Of a stretch of DNA of 64,000 nucleotides, positions 26,585 to 38,550 are shown one piece after another. The position numbers and the translations under genes are program-made. Location of the stretch: NCBI RefSeq assembly GCF_006345805.1, contig NC_043001.1:111042001-111106000 (forward strand), given 5' to 3'. Below the pieces are notes generated by a model that ran no database searches, was not told the origin of the DNA, and saw nothing but the letters and a program-made list of their open reading frames with translations. Within the stretch, counting starts at the first letter, position 1. Every line of letters begins with the position of its first letter. The DNA is from Octopus sinensis. Lineage: Eukaryota.

Positions 26585-27255
26585 CAGGGGTGGTACAAAA
26601 GTAGGTTTACAGTTTTATAGTTGTATATTTAATTTTTTTATTAAAAAAAAACATTGTAGAATGTTAGTCCCGTAAATGCTCAAAATATCTCTCCTGCACA
26701 TTCTTTTCTTCTCTAGGCACAAGGCCTGGAATTTGGGGGACGGGGGTCCGATACGCAACTGGTACTTATCTGGTAGATCAACCCCGATACACAATTGGTA
26801 CTTAATTTATCGACCCCAAAACTATGAAACGCAAAGTTGACCTCGCTGGAATTTGAACTCAGAACGTAAAAAGAGACAAAATACCGCCAAGTATTTTACC
26901 CAGCGTGCTAATGTTTTTACCAGCTCGCCGCCTTATGTCTGACCTGAGCATTCACACATACTTGGCGTGTATCAGCCACATTCCAACACAGGTTCAGGGC
27001 AGTGTTGATTTCCAGGCTGGCCTCTTTAATTAACCTACATAGTTGAGGCAGAGTGCGTGGTTTTCTCCGGAGTATCTTCTCTTTTACAACAGCCCAAACA
27101 AAAACTCCAAGGGCGTTAGGTCTGGGGAAAGGGACGGTCATTGAATACTCCCACGTCGTCTAATCCATTTCCCTGGGAAGGTTTCACAGAGGAAATTGCG
27201 CATATGAATTGCATAATAATGTGGTGCCCCATCCTGTTGGAATAACACATATGTA
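26585..27255 (-). mobile_element. Tc1/mariner transposase C-terminal remnant with terminal repeat, interrupted by SINE A (26700-26936)
   Basis: FQQDGAPHY..NFLCETFPGKWIRRRGSIQ*PSLSPDL..VKEK..KPRTLPQL..CVNAQ, then RYFEHL beyond the SINE. TA|CAGGGGTGGTACAAAAG terminus. Confidence 0.8.
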
Positions 27256-27470
27256 AAGAAATAAGAAACGTTAGCACACCGGTCGAAATGCTTAGCAATA
27301 TTTCGTCTGTCTTTACGTCTTGAGTTCAAATTCCGCCGAAGTCGACTTTGCCTTTCACCCTTCCGGTGACCCTAAATTAAGTACCAGTTTCGCATTGGCG
27401 TCAATCTAATGGATTGTTACCCTCCCCGCCAAAAAATTTTCGAGCCTTGTTCCTAGAGTAGAAAAGTATA
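27255..27470 (+). mobile_element. SINE family A
   Basis: aaacgttagcacaccggtcgaaatgcttagc..gagttcaaattccgccgaagtcgactttgcc. Confidence 0.8.
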
Positions 27471-28801
27471 TTCTAAGGTTTGTATGATTATAATGTCTGG
27501 TTTGCAATTTTCGTATTTGAGAGCAAATTATGCTCGGCTTTCATAGAATCGAAAAATATTGCTCCGTGAAGGTATACGAAACATTCTATTAGAAGACACG
27601 TATCTCCTGAAATTTACCCAACGTTCGCATCAATTTATCCTGCTAATTTACCCGGCAATTTGTTATCTGTGAACAGGCCTGATCTTTAGTCAATAATAGC
27701 AATTCAGTAATAGATACCTGATATTTGTAAGATTGATGTAATTGAGTAAATTAAATTTAGTTAACATATTAACACGTAAGAATAATTTAATGGCTAACTA
27801 CTATTAGTTGTTTGGCAGGTCTATAGACTGGAAGAAAGGCCTGACGTTTCTGCCGGGTAAATCATTATACAGGTTATTGACACTTATGTAATGGGAATTA
27901 TTGTCAAGCATGTAATTAAATGATGAACGGAAGATAAAGGAAAACAAATGGGAGTTCAAAAGTAATTGAATTAGGAGAAGGAAATCAAACGGAGCATTCG
28001 AATATACAACTATCTCGTTATGCGTTCCATATGGGACAATATATAGTACATGATTAAACGCTAGATAATTTGCTTAGCGGAATTTCTTATGTTTTGAGAT
28101 CAAATGCCACTGCATTCTGCTTTGACATTCAAAATTCCAGAGTTGATAAAATACACACACACACACAAATATATATATATAGTTATGCACAGATGGTGTA
28201 ATTTATGGGAAGGTGTAATTTTCGTGATAGAATTAGGTATACAAAAATTTTAAAGGTTCGTAGATGTAAGAGATTAAGGATATATAAAAGGCTTGGCAGT
28301 GGAGCTGACCAGAATATTATATTAAAACGCGCTGTAGCATATACCTTATGAGATATTTTATGGCATATAAAAATAATTTAGAAATAATTGAGCTGAATGA
28401 AAGAAATTTGGGTAATTTAAGAATTAAGGAAGCTATACTCATACACAGATTAGAGCCCTAAATTAACCACAGGCTGGAGGTTGGTAATCAATATATTATT
28501 TAGCTACGTCTGGATGCGTGTAGGTTCCTTTTTGATCACATGCTTATATATTGTTCATAACAAAAAAAGGGGGAAAGTGAAGGAGAAAGAAAAAAATGGA
28601 AGCTGCACGTATAACATTTCACTTAGAAGCAACGATAAGGCTGTGCCAGCACATATGAGATTGAGGCATAGCCGAACTCACGCACTTCTCATGAGGAATT
28701 TCGGAAGGAGCTTCATGAGACCACTGCTGAGACGCTTCCTTAAAAATAAAGAAAAGCTGTTGGAAAACCGATTATAGCAGCGACTCCATCAATTCCTAGG
28801 A

Positions 28802-28838
28802 ATATCTGAAGAAGGAATTTTATTCCGAAATATCATAT
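28802..28838 (+). ncRNA. Minimal type I hammerhead ribozyme, intact core
   Basis: ATAT CTGAAGA A GGAA tttta TTCC GAAA TA TC|ATAT; predicted cleavage after C28834 (AUC); palindromic 2-bp helix III. Confidence 0.6.
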
Positions 28839-29279
28839 CAAACTATGGATGATTAAATTACAACAGTTTTTATAGTCCATTGTTGTTATTCTAGTGCACT
28901 GTTGTGTCATTCAAAATATTTTATTCGTTACAAAGAATACACAATGCTTCAAACGAACTACAATACTCTCCTATTTAGAAATAATGTTTGTTTCTACTCC
29001 AACATGGCTATTCCGTACGGAACAAAGTTAATATTATTTTTTAACACCAGCAGAAGAAATCTTCTCCAGCTGGCTAACGACAAGATTTAGAAAAAAAATG
29101 TATCACGTAAAAGCCTTATGTCTGTGCCTCTATAGTAAATCTTTTACCATAATGCTGCAATCTGTGCAATCACAGTCGTATTTCTAATAAAATGATACAA
29201 GATAGACATCCTCTGACATAGAAAAGAAAAATCTGGGAATGAGTTAAGAAATGCATCATCAAAAAAATATGTTGTCCTT

Positions 29280-29500
29280 ACCTTCGAACGCAGACTAGAT
29301 GAAACAGAGGCAATTGAAGAAGGGGAATATTCTTTATGTTGTATGTCTCGTTTCTCTGGTTTCTTTTTTCGCTGTTTGAAAAAAAGGTCGTTTCCATGTT
29401 TTTGTTTTTATGTTTTCGTTTCTCAGTGTGTTCTACATTATTTTTTGATGCCCTGTACCCATATATGCATGTATATATACATATATATGTAGGTATGTAA
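29280..29500 (+). mobile_element. PLE-like terminal repeat family P2 (related to 40585-40970)
   Basis: gaagaaggggaa..atgttttcgtttctca..tacccatatatgcatg shared with the reverse complement of 40640-40850. Confidence 0.5.
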
Positions 29501-29589
29501 ATATATGTATGTATATATTGTTTATATTATTAAAAAATATAGCATTTACATTTAGTATTCAGTTGTGTCTTACTTCATTTTTATAATAC

Positions 29590-29984
29590 ACTAGCAGTAT
29601 CGCCCGGCGTTGCTCGGGTTTGTAAGGGAAATAACTATATAAGCATTTTTAGAGATGTAAAGTATAATAGCCATCTCAATATGGCTAACCCAAAGGGGGG
29701 TGTTACTGTAGCCTTTTACGTTCTGAGATTTAATAATAGATTTTTAGAAAGTTACTTCCCTTATATATGCCAAAAATGCATTAAAAATGGGAAAAATTGA
29801 TGGTAATTTTTTTAAAATCGTAGACTCATCGTAGACGCGCGCTAATACCCAGAAGGGCTCGATATGAATCACGACCATATCATACCCGGTTTTGGTTAAA
29901 CTGCACCGCAAAATGTGGGAGTAGTTAGGAATCTAAATCGTAGGAACACAGACAGCACACAACCTCACTTTTATATATAAAGAT
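29590..29984 (+). mobile_element. Non-autonomous Helitron-type element
   Basis: actagcagtatcgcccggcgttgctcggg 5' end; 3' end cacttttatatataaagat. Confidence 0.6.
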
Positions 29985-30549
29985 ATATAGGTGCAGGTAT
30001 GATTACGTGGTTGTCCAACTCGCTTTGCAGTCACCTAGATTAGAAGTCATTCGTACTGCGCGGTTCTAATGGCAGAAGTTTTCTGCTGTAGCTCCAGGTC
30101 ATCCAGTGCCATGTGAATGAATTTTGTAGACGGAAACTACTGGGAAAACTGTCGAGAGTATTAATACTTGTGTGTGTATGTGTGTGTGTGCGTGCGCACG
30201 CGCGTGTGTGTGAATGTGTGGATGTGTGTGTATATGTGTGTGTGTGTGTGACACAGAGAGATAGAGAGAGAGTGAGTGAGTATGTGCGTGTCTGCAAACG
30301 AATGTATGATTGTGCGCGCACGTGTGTTTTTAAATGTACTGTCATCATACTCGAGTATATTTTATCAGCATAAATACAGGTTTTTGCACGATCCAACCAT
30401 TATCTGACACCAGTTTCAGTCGTTAGACCGCGCTCATGCTGGAGCACCACTGCGAACAATTTATAGTCGCATGAATCGACCCCCTGTACTTTCTTTGATG
30501 GGAATTGTTCAACACACCAAGGCACATTGCGCTCAACATTTATAGAAGT

Positions 30550-30950
30550 AAGAAGGCGGCTAGCTGGCAGAAACGTTAGCGCGCCGGACGAAATGCTTAG
30601 CGGTATTTCGTCTGCCGCTACGTTCTGAGTTCAAATTCTGCCGAGGTTGACTTTGCCTTTCATCCTTTCGGGGTCGATAAATTAAGTACCAGTTACGCAC
30701 TGGGGTCGATATAATCGACTTAATCCATTTGTCTGTCCTTGTTTGACCTCTCTGTGTTTAGCCCCTTGTGGGTAGTAAAGAAATAGGTATGTCGCCTGCC
30801 GCTACGTTCTGAGTTCGAATTTCGCTGAATTAGATTTTATCTTTCATCATTTCGGTGCCGATAAATTAAATACCAGCTGCGTACTGGGATCGACCTAATC
30901 GTCTGGACCCCTCCACTCAAATTTCGTGCCTTGTGCCTACAGCAGAATAT
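30550..30950 (+). mobile_element. SINE family A, dimeric form
   Basis: Full unit followed by a headless second unit starting gtatgtcgcctgccgctacg. Confidence 0.85.
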
Positions 30951-31702
30951 AATATTATAGAAGTAATACATCCTTATACTCTTACAACTACGTTTAACGT
31001 TATGATATGTGACATCACGCCATTATATCATACAAAGGAAAACATTGTAGTTTTATTCAGGTTGTCATAAAATCAACAGCATATTACACATATTTCTTTT
31101 TATTTATTTAAATATATTTTAGCTGGCAAATATATGATTCAAAACCGTTTTACTGGATTATGGTATTGCTATATTTAGAAGCTAAAACATATTTCGAGTA
31201 AAAGGCAAAATAAAACAGCATTCAAGTATAATATAAGCGTTTTATTACTATTTTTTATACTTTTACGCAAATGCATGCAGATTGCATATCCAAGCAAAAA
31301 TAAATTTACATAGTTTTGGAAATTACAGAGATCAATATAAATAAAGCTGGATGTCAACTATAATAAACATAAATGGAGAGTAATATTAATTCATACTAAC
31401 ATATGCATTGAATTCAAGAAAAACAGTGCAAACAAATTGATCGATCTCTGAAAAAAGAAAGCAGATGTTGACGGAATTTGTATTCAAAATATTGGCGTAC
31501 AGAAATGTCGCATACAAATAATATACAGCATACTACTGTTTCAGTGGTGGCTGGAGCGGCGTCGGCGGTGGTGGCGGTGACGGCAGTGTTGGTTTCGGCA
31601 GCCGTGGTGGTTTCGGAGGCCGTGGTGGTTTCGGCGTTCGTGAGGTCGATGGATGCATTGATGGTGACGTCGGTGATGATGATCAAAATAATCATGATCA
31701 TG

Positions 31703-31884
31703 ATTATATTTATATTATTTACATTATTTTCATTTGACGGATATTTGTCTTCATCTTGTTTTTTACACAACGTTTCGGCTGATATACCCTCCAGCCTTTG
31801 TCATTTGTCTTGGGGAAATTTCGAACCTGGGTTCTCATTCCTAAGATATCTTTCGATGTTATTATTATTATTATTATTATTGTT

Positions 31885-31918
<34 letters not shown>

Positions 31919-32036
31919 CTATTATTATTACTATTATTATTATTATTATTATTCAGGTCACTGCCTGGAATCGAACTCCGACTCTTGTGGTTAGTAGCCC
32001 GCGCTCGTAACCACTACGCCATATGCCCATATGCCC
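31703..32036 (-). mobile_element. Family C element: tRNA-like head + (TAA)n + PLE-type tail (hammerhead core mutated)
   Basis: A box TGGCGTAGTGG (32021-32011) and B box GAGTTCGATTCC (31978-31967). Tail AAGACAA ATGACAA A GGCTG..CAGCC GAAACGTT. Confidence 0.8.
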
Positions 32037-32482
32037 GTAGTACATAATTCCGTATTTCTGAAATATAGAACTGCATTATGATAGTGTTGTAATAAAATTA
32101 ATCTGTATACGTATAGATCACAGCAAGTACATTTTGCAGAATTAGTTCCATACTAATCGAACTGCGTAAATATCATGTTACGTATCTCTAGGGATGTGAC
32201 AAAGTTACGGCCCAGAAACAGCTGTGTAAAATCTCCAAGTATTTCGGAGCATTCGTGCAGCAGATTTTGACACTCAGTTTTGCTAAACTTCATAACCTGT
32301 ACAAAACTAGATATATTAATGCTCATGCTGATGGACAATTTATCACTTTTTGATTTCATTTGGTGAATTCTATTCATAAGCATTTAAATTAAGAGTATTT
32401 CTTAAGCCATTAGCCTCACAGTTCAACAGCTTAAGTGTTGTACTAATCACATGAAAATTTTCAAAAATAGTACATTTTTTAT

Positions 32483-32821
32483 ACAGTTCTATATTTAAGA
32501 TATGAGGAATTATGTACATTATTTATATTATTTACATTTGACGGATATTTGTATTCATCTTGTTCGTTGTTAACACAACGTTTCGGCTGATATAACCTTC
32601 AGCCTTCTTCAGGTGTCTTGGGGAAATTTCGAACCTGGGTTCTCATTCCTAAGGTATTTTTCGTTGATCTTCTTGTTCTTGTTCTTGTTCTTGTTGTTCT
32701 TCTCCTTCTATTTGTTGTTGTTCTTGTTCTTGTTCTTGTTCTTGTTCTTGTTCTTGTTCTTGTTCTTGTTCTTGTTCTTGTTGTTCTTCTCCTTCTATTT
32801 GTTGTTGTTCTTGTTCTTGTT

Positions 32822-32882
<61 letters not shown>

Positions 32883-32962
32883 TATTATTATTAATTTTAT
32901 TATTAGTATTCAGGTCACTGCCTGGAATCGAACTCTGAATCTTTGAGTTAATAGCGCACACT
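32483..32962 (-). mobile_element. Family C element with intact hammerhead; head 5'-truncated and inverted
   Basis: Aligns with 31703-32010; compound microsatellite spacer 32665-32900. Confidence 0.8.
32572..32617 (-). ncRNA. Minimal type I hammerhead ribozyme, intact core
   Basis: GACAC CTGAAGA A GGCTG aaggttatat CAGCC GAAA CG TT|GTGTT; predicted cleavage between 32577 and 32576. Confidence 0.7.
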
Positions 32963-33000
32963 ACTAACCCCAATATTCTGAGTTCGATTCCAGGCCGCGA

Positions 33001-33078
<78 letters not shown>

Positions 33079-33080
<2 letters not shown>

Positions 33081-33635
33081 GCTCTGATGCAGTACCAAAC
33101 AGTGGCTCTCATGGCTTCTGATCTTAACTGATTGGAGGTGTTATCATTTGCCCTCTTTTGTTTTTGTTGAAAAGATGGGCTACAACAAATAGTCTGCTCA
33201 ATACCACAGATTTGCTTGTCAGTTGTTTGACTTTAACCAGTTGAGCATGTCCCTTAATGGCTGACGATATATGCATCTCTGATCATGAGCAGAAGTAGTG
33301 GGGGAGCATCATAGCCGTGTGTTGAAAGGAATTCTTTGAAGTTTGGATAATTCACCTTTGGAAACATAGGTGGTTCGTTCAACATTCTTAAACAATTCTT
33401 ATCCAGGGATCTTTTGAGTGAGATGGGCTACTCGACCAGAAGAAAATTCTAACTGGACCCCCACCTGCAAGGTCATGTGCTGTTTATCTTGATATGAGAT
33501 CACCATGTGGCGCACATATGGTTGTGATGCACGACCTAGTGTACCCTTATCAGACGGGTAGTCATGATGGGTATACTGGACTTCGTATATTTGTACCCCA
33601 GTGTCACTTTGATGGAATGCACATTTATCTCACTC
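33079..33635 (+). mobile_element. ~555-bp (AAT)n-embedded element, copy 3, inside the (TAA)n spacer of a family C head (32963-33078)
   Basis: Same termini as the other copies. Confidence 0.85.
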
Positions 33636-34302
33636 AATAATAATATTAATACTTATGGTGTAGGTATATATCTACCATAATTCTTACCAACCAACATGAC
33701 ATATTGCACATGGATAATAGAATAGAATTTATACCCCATTATATTGTTCATAGCACAATATAGCGTGTAATATATTTGTAATAACGATTTGAAATACTGA
33801 AAGGTCTTAGACACCGTCATTTAATTTGAACGGATGTTTTTTTGCAAGTTAAGTCATATCACATTCTAAAATCCGTGGATGTTGCGAGTAAAAGGTTTCG
33901 ACATGAAATTCATTAGAAATATCTGCGTATAGAAATATAAATAAATTTGCCTTCGGCGTAATGACAACAAGGATGTTGAAAATAGAGAATATTTGTGGAG
34001 TTAGTCAACTGCATACAAATCTAATAAATTCACTGAACAGGTGACATGCTTTGGCATGCTATGGAACATCTCACATAACGTTTCAATAATATCGATAAAT
34101 ATATCTATCTATCTATCTGTGTATCGAGCTATCTATCTGTCTGTCTGTGTGTCTGTCAATCTATTTATCTATCGATAAGTGTGTTTGCAAGTGCTTTAAC
34201 CTGAATAAACCTGTATATTTCAAATACTAAAGATTAATAATAATAATAAAAATACTAAAGATTAATAATAATAATAATAATACTAAAGATTAATAATAAA
34301 AA

Positions 34303-34358
<56 letters not shown>

Positions 34359-34360
<2 letters not shown>

Positions 34361-34914
34361 GCCCTGATGCAGTACCAGGCAGTGGCTCTCATGGCTTCTG
34401 ATCTTAACTGATTGGAAGTGTTATCATGTACATTGTTTTGTCTTGGTATAAAAGATGGGCTACAGCAAATATTCTGCTCAATACCACAGATTTGCTTGTC
34501 AGTTGTTTGAGCTTAACCAGTTGAGCATGTCCCTTAGTGGCTGACGATGTGTGCATCTCTGATCACGAGCAGAAGTAGTGGGGGAGCATCATAGCCATGT
34601 GTTGAGAGGGATTCTTTGGGGTTTGAATAATTCACCTCTGGAAACATGGGTGGTTCTTTCAACATCCTTAAACAACCCTTATTCAGGGACCATTTGAGCG
34701 GGATGGGCTACTCAACCTGAAGAAAATTCTAACTGGGCCCCACCTGCAAGGTCATGTGCTGTTTATCTTGATATGAGATCACCATGTCGCACACATATGG
34801 TTGTGATGCATGTGCCTGGTGTGCCCTTATCAGACGGGTAGTCATGATGGGTATATTGGGCTTCGTATATTTTACCCCAGTGTCACTTTGATGGCATGAA
34901 CTGCTCTCTCACTC
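34359..34914 (+). mobile_element. ~555-bp (AAT)n-embedded element, copy 4
   Basis: aataa|atgccctgatgcagtacc ... ctctcactc|aataat. Confidence 0.85.
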
Positions 34915-34935
34915 AATAATAATAATAATAATAAT

Positions 34936-34973
<38 letters not shown>

Positions 34974-35308
34974 AGAGATTTTTTCGTTGCAGAATTTTTG
35001 CATTTGTGAAAATCTCAGTGTAATGTGGATTGGGGTAATGGCAAATATATTTCCCCTGATATGCATGCTGTTTGTATTCTCTCTAAAATAGCATTCGCGT
35101 TACGAATCTTCAATTATTAGCATTCCACAATGAGAACGACACGACTTCTATAATACACGTTGGTAAGTATAAATGCATCATATGTGTGCGTATGTATGAG
35201 TGCGTGTGTGCGTGTTTCTGTATGTTTGTGTGTGCGTTTGTGTGTGTGTTTGTATGTGTATGTCTGTGTGTATGTACATACAGGGACAGAGAGATGGAGA
35301 GAAGAGAA

Positions 35309-35352
<44 letters not shown>

Positions 35353-36559
35353 TTTAGTCCCCTACGAAAATCTAATCGTGATATCCTGATATCATTACAC
35401 CTAAGGCAAATTTGTTTACATTTCTATGCTGAGATATCTCTATCTGTGAGAGGAAGACTCAGTAATATTCCCCAATATTCCCGTGGCCTACGTAAAGCTC
35501 TACGCTATAAATATTTATAATACTTAAAATAGCTGAATTTAATATTCAATCAGGAAATTATATTCTGAAATACTTGTGGAAATTGCCTACATTCAAATAT
35601 TAAATTACGTACCTGGAAAAACTGTTCTTCAATCTCAAAATCTTTCTATCTCCCCTATTTCATAAAACAACTTGCTGGATGTTGATAAAAATATATAATA
35701 TAAATTTTGATTGAGTAACAGTAAAATTTTATAAGAATACTACATCAGGTTCGCCGGAACAGACAACATGCATGCCGAGCAAAATGAATAGTCGTATTTC
35801 CTCCGTATTTATATTCCGAGTTCAAATTGTGTCGAGGTTGACTTTGCCTTTAGGAGTCAATAAAATAAGCGCTACTTGAGGCCTGAGGTCGATAGCAGGC
35901 AGAAAGAAAGATAGCTGATGGTCACGTTGGAGCACTCTATAGATCTTTTTACTCTTTCGTTTTTCTCCCTTTTATCTCATTCTTTTACCTCCTCTTCTCC
36001 CACTATTCTATCCTATTACTCTGTCACCCTCTCTAACTCTCTCCTCCCCCTTGCTCACGCGGCTCCCACCTGACCATCCGCTATCTTTCTTTCTCTCCGT
36101 TGTAGCTGGAACAAGGAAGACGTGTTCTTGTTTATCTCATGTCCAACTTGAATTACGCGTTCACCACTACAACCTCATTTAGGTTAAGCAGCCCTTGCTG
36201 CCTGTTTTCCCTGTCCTTTTTGTGTTACCTATTTTGACACTCCGCAAAATCCCAAATTTTACTTAATTTGCTTTGCGGGAGCAACTGTTTTATCGAAAGC
36301 GTATCTTGTTGCTAAATGCTTCGTACCTGGTTATATGTGTATTGATAAATGTGGTCATTTGCACGTGTAGTCATTTATCTTTACATGTGCATCATTATAT
36401 CTGCAGATATTTCCCACTCTAACGTCTCTACGTTCTCTAATACACACAGCAACAAACACATGCACGCACACGCATACATACGTATATAAATATATTTTAT
36501 CTTTCATATCTTACTGGTTTCAGGTAAAGACTAGGGTCATGCTGGAGCACTACCTATCA

Positions 36560-37397
36560 GTATGGTTGGATTTCCTTTCTGTATTGTTTTTGGAGAAGTA
36601 GCGAGTTGGACAGAGACGCTCTCCTTTGTGCTCCCCGATGGAATGTGGATTTTTCTGGTATTTGAGATAAACATTTGTCTATATGATCCTTTAAAACCCC
36701 CACTTCGACACTGGTTGTTTTGCTGAATGGTGAATAATAGGGTCCTCTGAAACTCAAGCTGTTACAGTACTGGATCTTTACTCGAGATGACGAAGAGAGG
36801 AACTTTTGTATCATGCATTGCTATCCAGTTCGATGGTTGGTGTAGCTTTCAGTTCCAAAGTTAGGAAGTAGTACTTCCAGATATCCCATATGTATATCAC
36901 TGCATATACGTCACGCGTTTTCTATAAGGGGTGGAGTTTTAATTCCTTTATCCCCCACCCCGAGACTTCATCTGCTTCACTGAGTCAATCTTCACTGTGT
37001 AGCGGAGCTAGATTGCTTCAAATTCCGCCACCAGTATGATGCTCTTAGGTGACCAGAGTTGGGATCTAATCCAGGCGACTGAGAACGAAAGTTCCCTATA
37101 AGAGCAGCATGATATATTTTTTCCTGATTCTGAATGACCTCAAAATCAATCAAGCTATTCTCGACACAACGTTGCCAACTTGGTAATTGGCACATGGGAT
37201 GCTTAGCATTTTGCATGTCAGTTATTTTGCAGTTTCAATATGTCGACAGATTCCTTGATCGCCTCTGATATTGCCGTATCGTCAGCATAGCAGATGTGAG
37301 TGGATGCCTTTATGATTGAGGGCATATCTGAGAGAGCCACCATAAACAGTAACCCTCCCGGTGCAGTTCCTTGAGGAAGTCCGCAGCCCATTGATAT

Positions 37398-37434
<37 letters not shown>

Positions 37435-37730
37435 CATACCATTTGATACAACTGCCTAACATTTGTCTTTCGAAATGTATCCAAGCACACTTCGTGTTTT
37501 CCAGTGATTCCAAGGTTACACAGCTTGTAATACATCCTCCCTTGACCAACATTGTTAAAGGCCTTGACAAAAGCGAGATAACCCAATTTCCAATTCGGGC
37601 GTTTGAGCGTCTGTTTCAGTATCGCGTCGTGATGCTGTAGTAGCTGTGTGAGGCAGCACCTTCTCGGGCGAAAACCATGTTGTGTGCTTGTGAGCAAGTC
37701 ACTCTCTTCTAGGGAAGTGATAAGTCTCCT
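36560..37730 (-). mobile_element. Decayed CR1-type LINE RT fragment
   Basis: QHGFRPRRCCLTQLL, YLAFVKAFNNV, GLPQGT..LLFMVALSDM and YADDT; (GA)n expansion at 37401-37430. Confidence 0.8.
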
Positions 37731-38007
37731 CCTGACAAATGTTCCATGACCTTGCTAACATGTGAAGTCACAGAGAGAGTCTGGATGTAGTAAACGAGTT
37801 ATTGGTGTGACATATTCACACATGTGCAACACAAATCCATTGTAACTTCTCTCTCTTCTCTCCCCGCAGAATACATCTAGTGGACGGAAACAGAACGAAT
37901 CCCATCAGATATATATATATATATATAATAAATATTAGGGAATAAATCCAAATTTACAAGGAAAAATCAGATTTAGGATTGAATCCAATTTTATAGCAAA
38001 ATATTAT

Positions 38008-38199
38008 ATAATATTAATTAGAGACAAAACTACTATTTTGCAAATCAAACAAAGAAAGACTTAATCCAATACATAAAAAAATTTAATATAAATTAAATAA
38101 AATTTTATTTTATTTAATTTATATTAAATTTTTTTATGTATTGTATTAAGTCTTTCTTTGTTTGATTTGCAAAATAGTGGTTTTGTCTCTAATTAATAT

Positions 38200-38203
<4 letters not shown>
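38008..38203. repeat. Fold-back palindrome of family D (arms ~95 bp, 5-bp spacer, 2 mismatches seen)
   Basis: Arms end at 38102 and start at 38108. Confidence 0.85.
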
Positions 38204-38255
<52 letters not shown>

Positions 38256-38319
38256 CTTTTATTGTTTTGGTGGAGCAACACCTTGAGAATATATAATTAA
38301 TATAGGCAGTATGTACCAA

Positions 38320-38550
38320 AATATGTACAAAAAATCAGAAAATGGAGAAGACCACAGATTAACCAACACACTGACTGGACCACATTTATAGATTATTTTT
38401 TAATACAGAGCATGAAGTAACAAATATATTTGTTTCATCACCTATTTGTTACGTCATGCTTTGTATTAAAAAGTAAGTTATAAATGTGGTCGAATCGATG
38501 TTTGTTAACCTGAGGTTTTCTCCATTTTCTGCTTATTTGTACTTGCTTCC
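38320..38550. repeat. Older imperfect fold-back
   Basis: agaaaatggagaa/ttctccattttct, gaccacatttata/tataaatgtggtc and aatacagagcatga/tcatgctttgtatt. Confidence 0.75.

Noticed and set aside
27543-27590. TAGAAT..CGAAAC ATTCTA hammerhead-like spacing
   Set aside because: Core and UH triplet are both missing.
34359-34385. Resemblance of the 555-bp element end (reverse complement cctggtactgca) to the U2 snRNA 3' stem
   Set aside because: Only about 12 nt match and no other U2 sequence is present.
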